Both the position numbers and the translations under genes were made by a program. 64,000 nucleotides of DNA, taken from positions 18,039 through 82,038 of the forward strand of contig CAYWXL010000013.1 in NCBI GenBank assembly GCA_964461995.1, read 5' to 3'. The notes under the pieces were generated by a model. It did no database searches, was not told where the DNA came from, and worked only from the letters and a program-made list of their open reading frames with translations. This document shows, piece by piece, positions 58,419 to 64,000 of this stretch. Positions within the stretch are counted from its first letter, which is position 1. Each line of letters begins with the position of its first letter. Source of the DNA: an uncultured Solibacteraceae bacterium. GTDB taxonomy: Bacteria; Acidobacteriota; Terriglobia; Bryobacterales; Bryobacteraceae.

Positions 58419-60668
58419 CTAGCCGCCGAATTCGAGCACCACGCCCACCGAAGGCAGGATGGGGAACATCCGGTAGAAGCCGAGCCAGGCGCGGCCGTCG
58501 CGCGGGCGGTACCAGCGAAGCTCATCGAAGCGCTCATTGCGACGGTCGTAGACGTTGATTACCTCGGCATATAAGGTCATTTTCCAGCCGGGATAGACGA
58601 AGGCTTTGTTCACCCGTACGTCGAGGCGGTGGTAGACGGGCAGCCTCAGCGTGTTGCGGGTTTCGGCGAGGTAATAACGGTCGCCTTCTTTCCGGAAGTA
58701 GCCGGGGATCGGGAAGCCGCTGCCGTAGAGCCAGCGGAGGCTGAGGTTGATCGTCGGGCGGATCCGGTAGGAGCCGAAGATGTTGACGGTGTGCGTCTGG
58801 TCGTTCTCAGAGGGGAAGCGAGCCCCGGTGACGCCGTCGCGGTAGCGAGTCTTTCCATAGCCGTAGGAGATCCAGCCGCTCAGGCGATTCGCGCTGCGCC
58901 GCTGCAGGAAGATCTCGAAGCCGCGGGCGTAGCCGCGCACCACGTTGCCGACGGGGGCATCTTCAGGGGGAATGAACACCTCCCCGTTCACGACGCGGGG
59001 ATCGGCCAGGGAGCGGAAGAGCAGGTCCCGGTCGTCGCGGTTGTAGAACTCCGCGCGGAGCCTCGTGCGCTCGGTAAGGCGCTGCTCGAGCGAGGCGATG
59101 AAGTGGTTGGCCCGCTCGGGGGCCAGCGACCGCCGCCCGATCCGCATGAGGAAGAAGCGCAGATCCGGGAACTGCGCCGGTTGGGACCAGCCCAGGCGAA
59201 GCTGAGTTTTCGGGTGCAGGTAGACGGCCAGAGCCGCCTGCGGCGACACGGTGGAGACGGCGTTGACGTCATGATGGTCCCAACGCAGGCCCGCCGTCAG
59301 ATACAGGCGACCGCTGAAAGCGTGCCGGCTCTGCTGGACGTAGCCGCCGCTCCGCAGGCCGGTTCCGGAGTAATTGTAGAGCTGTTTGATGATGAAGGGC
59401 TGAAGCTGGTACTGGTTCCAGAAGCCGCCGTCGCGCAGCCGGCGGAAGCCGCCGCCGAACTCCAACGTCGCGTTTTCGGCCCACCGCCAGGAACCCTCGC
59501 CGTGCCAAACCCATTCGCCGTAGTGGCCCCGGGCGAGGTCGGCCAGCAGGCGGTTCTGATTGTCGAACTTCTCGCGGATAAAAGCTCCATGCGAAGAGAA
59601 CAGCAGCCTGCCGGTGGGGGTGTAGCGCCAGCCCACCCGCGCGATCGTCGTGTGGTAGTTGGCGAGCATGATGGCGTTGAGCCCCAGGTCGGGCCAATCC
59701 TGGAACCGGTCGAGATCGGAGAAGCCGTCCACGATGGAAATGGTGACGTTTTGTTTCGGCGTCAGGTCGTAGCTGATTTTGCCTTGGCCATCGATGAAGC
59801 CGAAGGCAAGTGTGTTGTCTTCGGTGACGCGACGCAGCAGGTACTGCAGGTAGCTCTTGCGAACCGTCGCCAGCCACGAGCCACGCTTGCCCAGAGGACC
59901 CTCGGCGAGCACGCCGGCGTTGGACATGCTGGCCGTGCCGCGGACGAAGATCCCCCGGCGGGAGCCCTCGCGGGTGTGGACGTCGAGGATGGCGCCGGTG
60001 CGGTCCGAGTAACGGGCGGGGAAGGCTCCGGCGTGGAGCGAGACGGTCTCGGCCACATCGCCGCTGAACATAGTCAGCGAGCCGGCGGGATTGTCCTCGA
60101 GCACGGTGTGAAACGGCATGTGGAGGAGCACGCCGTCCAGGTAGAGGCCCACCCGGCGGAAGCCGGCGCCGCGGACGGAGAAGAAGCTGTTGAAGTCGTC
60201 GTTGGCAGTGACGCCCGGCATGCTCTGGACTGCGCGGAGAGGATCGTCGGCGAGGACGCTGGCCAGATTCTTGACCTCGTTGCCCTCGATGGTGAGTTCC
60301 GACGGGCTGTCGCTACGGACCGGCTCGAAGGGACCCGCCCGCACCTCGACCGAATCTGTATGACGCAGCGTGTCGGGGCTCAGGACGACTTCGAAGTCAA
60401 GAGTTTCACCGGGCTTCAGAGTAAAGTCGCGAGTCGCCAGCCGGTAGCCGACGGTGGCGACGTGGAGGGTGTAGTCACCCGGTGATACTGAGGGCAAAAC
60501 GAACCTCCCGTCGGCGTCGGTGACGGTTCGATAGCCGGTCCCGGACAACTTCACTTGGACCCGCGCCAGAGGTTCGCCTCCCTGCATGTCGAGAACGACC
60601 CCCTGGACTTGTCCAGTCTGTTGTCCCGCCGCCACCAAGGCGAGCAGCGGCCAGAACCAGACTTTCAT
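58419..60668 (-). CDS. TonB-dependent receptor with CarboxypepD_reg-like N-terminal domain
   Basis: ATG at 60668 gives MKVWFWPLLALVAAGQQ (signal). Then GVVLDMQGGEPLARVQVKL.GTGY...TDADGRF.L..V.PGDYTL (carboxypeptidase-regulatory fold), a plug region, a beta-barrel, and a C-terminal aromatic ...VVLEFGG. The track start at 60824 runs into the upstream gene. Confidence 0.8.
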   Translation of the reverse strand: MKVWFWPLLALVAAGQQTGQVQGVVLDMQGGEPLARVQVKLSGTGYRTVTDADGRFVLPSVSPGDYTLHVATVGYRLATRDFTLKPGETLDFEVVLSPDTLRHTDSVEVRAGPFEPVRSDSPSELTIEGNEVKNLASVLADDPLRAVQSMPGVTANDDFNSFFSVRGAGFRRVGLYLDGVLLHMPFHTVLEDNPAGSLTMFSGDVAETVSLHAGAFPARYSDRTGAILDVHTREGSRRGIFVRGTASMSNAGVLAEGPLGKRGSWLATVRKSYLQYLLRRVTEDNTLAFGFIDGQGKISYDLTPKQNVTISIVDGFSDLDRFQDWPDLGLNAIMLANYHTTIARVGWRYTPTGRLLFSSHGAFIREKFDNQNRLLADLARGHYGEWVWHGEGSWRWAENATLEFGGGFRRLRDGGFWNQYQLQPFIIKQLYNYSGTGLRSGGYVQQSRHAFSGRLYLTAGLRWDHHDVNAVSTVSPQAALAVYLHPKTQLRLGWSQPAQFPDLRFFLMRIGRRSLAPERANHFIASLEQRLTERTRLRAEFYNRDDRDLLFRSLADPRVVNGEVFIPPEDAPVGNVVRGYARGFEIFLQRRSANRLSGWISYGYGKTRYRDGVTGARFPSENDQTHTVNIFGSYRIRPTINLSLRWLYGSGFPIPGYFRKEGDRYYLAETRNTLRLPVYHRLDVRVNKAFVYPGWKMTLYAEVINVYDRRNERFDELRWYRPRDGRAWLGFYRMFPILPSVGVVLEFGG

Positions 60669-60675
60669 ATCGGGA

Positions 60676-61779
60676 TTATACGTGACCGGCGGCCCGCCGC
60701 AGCACGGCAAGCGTCTCGCGGGCGCACCGCTCCCAGGAAAAGCGCGCCGCGCGCTGGCGGCCGGCGGCGGCCAGGCGGGAGCGCAGGGCGTCGTCCGTGG
60801 TGATGCGTTCGAGCGCTTCTTCAATCGCCGCCTCGTCGTCCGGCGGAAACCTCAACGCGGCGTCTCCTGCCACCTCCCGCAGGGGCGGGATGTCCGAGCA
60901 GGCGCTCGGCACTCCGGCGGCCAGCGCCTCGAGGAGAGGCATACCGAAGCCCTCGAATGTGGTAGGCAGGACGAAAGCCCAGGCGCGGCGGTAGAGGTCC
61001 CGCACGGCTTCGCGGGAGATCCAGCCGGTGAGTTCCACCACGCCGGCGAGCCCGCGATCCTCGACGGCGCGCGTGACGGCCGCCGTGTGAAATCCTTTCA
61101 TTCCCGCCAGTACCAGCCGGAAGCGCGGATGTTTTCTGTGGAAGCCAGCGAAGGCCCGGATCAGGCGCTCGAGATTCTTGTGGGGATGGAGCGTCGAAAC
61201 GCAAAGCAAGAAGAGTTCCGGATCGCGCCGCCGGGCCGTCTCGCAAAGCTTTTCATCGACTCCGTGGCGCACCACCGTGATCCGGCAGCCCGTTCCCGGA
61301 TAATACCGTTCCAGATCGGCGGCGGTCGCCTGCGAGACGGCGATCAGAGCCTTGGACGTCCGGGCGGACTGCCACAGGAACCAGTTCCAGAACGGCAGGT
61401 CGAACCAGCGGAAGTATTCGGGATGGCGCTTGTGCTGCAGATCGTGGAAGACGGTGACCGATGGGCACCGGCAGCGGGCCGGAGCGGTGAAGCCGGGGTT
61501 GAAGAGTACGTCCAACCGCTCGCGCCGGATTGCCGAAGGCAGCCGGAACTGTTCCCAAAGGAGCCGCGCCGGCCGGTTCACAGCGCGCACGCCGGTCTCG
61601 ACGGTCCGGAAGTTCGGGGCTTCCGGCGCCAGGCCGGCCCCGGTTTCCCGGTTGACGAAGACCACGTAGTCGTTGCTACGGTCCACGCGGGCCAGGGCGG
61701 CGAGCAGACTCCTGAGATAGATCTCGGTCCCGCCGACCCCGCCGGGGATCAGATAGAGGGCATTGACGCCGATACGCAT
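60676..61779 (-). CDS. Glycosyltransferase family 4 (GT-B)
   Basis: MRIGVNALYLIPGGVGGTEIYLRSLL... and C-terminal PTTFEGFGMPLLEALAAGVPSACSD. Confidence 0.8.
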   Translation of the reverse strand: MRIGVNALYLIPGGVGGTEIYLRSLLAALARVDRSNDYVVFVNRETGAGLAPEAPNFRTVETGVRAVNRPARLLWEQFRLPSAIRRERLDVLFNPGFTAPARCRCPSVTVFHDLQHKRHPEYFRWFDLPFWNWFLWQSARTSKALIAVSQATAADLERYYPGTGCRITVVRHGVDEKLCETARRRDPELFLLCVSTLHPHKNLERLIRAFAGFHRKHPRFRLVLAGMKGFHTAAVTRAVEDRGLAGVVELTGWISREAVRDLYRRAWAFVLPTTFEGFGMPLLEALAAGVPSACSDIPPLREVAGDAALRFPPDDEAAIEEALERITTDDALRSRLAAAGRQRAARFSWERCARETLAVLRRAAGHV

Positions 61780-61790
61780 GGGTTCAATTG

Positions 61791-63578
61791 CTACCGGCTG
61801 CCGGAAACCATCCGTTCGGCGCGCTGAAGGGCCCGCCGGGCCGCTTCGAGATCCGGCCTGAGCTCGAGCGCGCGGCGGTACTCTCGGGCGGCTTGCTCGT
61901 AATCGCCCATCGTCGTGTAGACATTGCCCCGGTAGAAGTACGTGACGGCGAAGCGCTGGTTGATCTGACTGGCCTTGTCCAGAGCGGCGAGAGCCTCTTT
62001 GTAGCGCTCTAACTTGGCCTGCATCATTCCGATCAGCGCATAAACGTGCGCCGTAGGTTCTAACCGGGCGGCTTGTTCTAGTTTGGCCAAGGCCTCTTCA
62101 GGCCGGTTCGCGCAGTCGTAGGCGAGGGCCCAGTCGACGAGTAGCCGGTAGTCGGGTTCGCGGAGCCGGGCCGCTCTTGCGTACTGTTCGATGGCGTCCG
62201 AACATCTCCCGTGCTCGAAGTAGGCGTAGGCAAGCTGGAAGTTCGCCCGCCAGTTCTCCGGCGTCTTGGCCACCGAATCCTCCCACAGCGGGATCGTTCC
62301 CGCCCAGACGCGCGCCCGCTGGAAGCCCAGAAACGTAATGGCGACGACCACCGCCGCCAGCGCCCCGCCGAAAGCCTTCGGCGGAGCTTTCCATTGCACC
62401 AGTAGCCCCGCGGTGAGGAGCAGCAGTCCGATCATCGGCAAATAGAGCCGGCGCTCCACCAGAGCGTCCTTGATCGGGATGAAGGACGACGTTGGAGCGA
62501 TCAGCAGGAGGAAAACATAGAAGCCGTAAGTAGCCAGGGGATACTTCCGGCGCCAGATCCAGGCGGCCGCCACTGCCACGGCGAGCGCGGCGAATCCCAG
62601 CACAGCCCAGGGATCCAGCGTCGAGGAGACCATCGGATAATCGTGATCCACGTTCTGCCCGTAGGGCAACAGGAACATGCGCAGATAAATCCAGATCACC
62701 TTGCACTGGGTGGCGAAATAGATGTACCAGGGCAGGCCCTCCACGCGGAATCCAGCGGTGTCGGATTCGGCCAGGGTCTTGAGCACAAAAGCGAAACCCG
62801 CGAGCCCCGCCGCCGCTATGCCAGCGTAAAGCTTCCAGTTCCGCCTGAGTCCTGCCAGCGAGAAGCCTGGGTTGAAGTAATAGTCGGTAAGCACGAGCAG
62901 GAAGGGCAGGACGGCGGTGTGCTCTTTTGACGTCACGGCGGCGCCGAACAGCAGCAGGACCACCAGGGTCCCACCGATCCCGATCGGTTCCTTCCACCGG
63001 TAGAGAAATACGGCGAACGCGGCATAGAAGAAAAACACGCTCAAGTTTTCCGAGCGGCTGGCCACATACGCCACTGCTTCGGACTGGATGGGGTGGAACA
63101 GATAGATGGCGCCGGCGAAAGCCGCCAGCGCTTGTCGCCGCCAGGGTTCTGTATTCACTCGCCCCAGGAGCCGGCGCACGATCAGGAACACCAGCACGCC
63201 ATTGAGGAAGTGCAGCACGATGTTGACCACGTGGTAGGAGTACGGATTCTCCCCGGAAAGCTGATAGTTCAACCAGAAGGTGAACATCAGCGTAGGCCGG
63301 ACACCCGCCAGCCAGGCCGTCAGCGGCAGAGGCTTATAGCCGGGGTGCGTGAACGGAAGGTACTTGTCGTCGAACAGGAACGGCCCGTTGATGGCCGGCC
63401 CGTACATCTCGAAAAGGATGAACAGAGCCAGCGCGAAGCTGGTGAAGACAGGCCAGCGGCGTATGGGGAAGGTCTCGGACGCGCCGGCCGGGGCCTTTCC
63501 GGGCCGCTCGCGGTTGGCGACGGCGACGGAGCCCGGTGAGCCGCTCTTATTCCGGCTTCGACGTTTCCCTTTCTTCAT
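61791..63578 (-). CDS. Polytopic GT-C-like (PMT/TMTC/DUF1736-like) membrane protein with C-terminal TPR repeats
   Basis: N-terminal half has about 10 TM segments and FLFDDKYLP...NPYSYHVVNIVLHFLNGVLVFL, as in TMTC-type O-mannosyltransferase-like proteins. C-terminal TPRs (ANFQLAYAYFEHGR..., YRGNVYTTMGDYEQAAREYRRALEL). The 5' end overlaps the upstream gene by 32 nt. Confidence 0.65.
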   Translation of the reverse strand: MKKGKRRSRNKSGSPGSVAVANRERPGKAPAGASETFPIRRWPVFTSFALALFILFEMYGPAINGPFLFDDKYLPFTHPGYKPLPLTAWLAGVRPTLMFTFWLNYQLSGENPYSYHVVNIVLHFLNGVLVFLIVRRLLGRVNTEPWRRQALAAFAGAIYLFHPIQSEAVAYVASRSENLSVFFFYAAFAVFLYRWKEPIGIGGTLVVLLLFGAAVTSKEHTAVLPFLLVLTDYYFNPGFSLAGLRRNWKLYAGIAAAGLAGFAFVLKTLAESDTAGFRVEGLPWYIYFATQCKVIWIYLRMFLLPYGQNVDHDYPMVSSTLDPWAVLGFAALAVAVAAAWIWRRKYPLATYGFYVFLLLIAPTSSFIPIKDALVERRLYLPMIGLLLLTAGLLVQWKAPPKAFGGALAAVVVAITFLGFQRARVWAGTIPLWEDSVAKTPENWRANFQLAYAYFEHGRCSDAIEQYARAARLREPDYRLLVDWALAYDCANRPEEALAKLEQAARLEPTAHVYALIGMMQAKLERYKEALAALDKASQINQRFAVTYFYRGNVYTTMGDYEQAAREYRRALELRPDLEAARRALQRAERMVSGSR

Positions 63579-63921
63579 GGAGCGACTCCACTTGGTACTC
63601 GAGAATGGCGACGCGCTGAGTGAGCGCTATGTTGGCGTCGCGAAGCGTGGAGATGATCATCGAGAACCGGTAGAAGACCAGCAGAAAGACGCTGAAGCCG
63701 ATAAACAGCAGCGCCAGCGCCGGTTCGGGGACCCCCACGAGTACGCTTACCCAGCCGAGCAGCGTATCCGATTGGGACAGAACGAGCATGGTGACGCCGG
63801 CGGCAAGCCAGCTTACCGAGTACTCGACCCGAATGTGCTCACGGCGTAGCGACCCGAGAACGACTACGATCAGCGCGCCGCTGAGGACCGCAACGACGTT
63901 CAGAAAACGATCCATGGACAA
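63547..63921 (-). CDS. Small membrane protein, DUF2304-like
   Basis: About 120 aa with 3-4 TM segments and a C-terminal coiled-coil (LRDANIALTQRVAILEYQVESL). The size, topology and position next to a GT2 gene fit DUF2304. Start is TTG at 63921 or ATG at 63915. Confidence 0.55.
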   Translation of the reverse strand: MSMDRFLNVVAVLSGALIVVVLGSLRREHIRVEYSVSWLAAGVTMLVLSQSDTLLGWVSVLVGVPEPALALLFIGFSVFLLVFYRFSMIISTLRDANIALTQRVAILEYQVESLHEERETSKPE

Positions 63922-64000
63922 TCAGCGCCTTGGGCGCCCTCCCTCGTATTTCAGGATATTCACAAACACGCCGAGTAAGACGTGGACCATGTAATAAAAG
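63922..64000 (-). CDS. 3' end of a gene continuing beyond the window (possibly the GT2 partner of DUF2304)
   Basis: The minus-strand frame reads ...FYYMVHVLLGVFVNILKYEGGRPRR* with the stop at 63922-63924, abutting the next start. Only 26 codons are visible, so the function is a guess from context. Confidence 0.3.
   Translation of the reverse strand, partial: FYYMVHVLLGVFVNILKYEGGRPRR

Noticed and set aside
58629-60485. 618-aa plus-strand ORF antisense to the TonB-dependent receptor
   Set aside because: Same shadow-ORF phenomenon: a Gly/Ala/Val/Arg-rich product, while the minus-strand frame has a signal peptide, plug and barrel features.

Overview
This is a GC-rich bacterial chromosomal segment, about 60 genes and tightly packed. 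Several families suggest Acidobacteriota: a VWFA-related secreted protein, a TonB-dependent receptor with a CarboxypepD_reg-like N-terminus, many TPR proteins, and bactofilin. That assignment is inference only.

Main contents:
- Replication-origin gene set dnaA-dnaN-gyrB at 23.7-29.0 kb, with DnaA boxes on both sides of dnaA.
- Housekeeping genes: rlmN (3' fragment), family-5 UDG, speA, lpxB, treZ, alr, der, rlpA, comEC, tatA, HU, mlaEFD.
- Two glycosyltransferase clusters, at 17.4-22.3 kb and 60.7-64.0 kb.
- Signalling proteins: two hybrid histidine kinases, a sensor-less sigma54 activator, and a REC plus degenerate-GGDEF protein.

I saw no rRNA, tRNA, CRISPR array, transposase, integrase or recognisable defence system.

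The most interesting signal is a recoding event. An OsmC/Ohr-like gene (53853-54329) carries an in-frame TGA exactly where the family's peroxidatic Cys sits. A GC-rich hairpin follows the TGA, and selB lies about 1.2 kb downstream. The six-frame track splits this probable selenoprotein into two short ORFs.

Other points worth a second look:
- an M1-peptidase homolog with every zinc ligand substituted;
- selB and a divergent VWA gene whose start codons overlap head-to-head;
- a Lys/Ala-repeat histone-H1-like gene with a near-consensus promoter;
- an MlaD protein with 34-aa tandem repeats;
- a lower-GC patch carrying an AbiEi-like wHTH gene;
- several degenerate catalytic or phospho-acceptor motifs.

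All calls rest on reading the translated ORFs and the DNA by eye. No database search or computation was run. ORF-track end coordinates include the stop codon.
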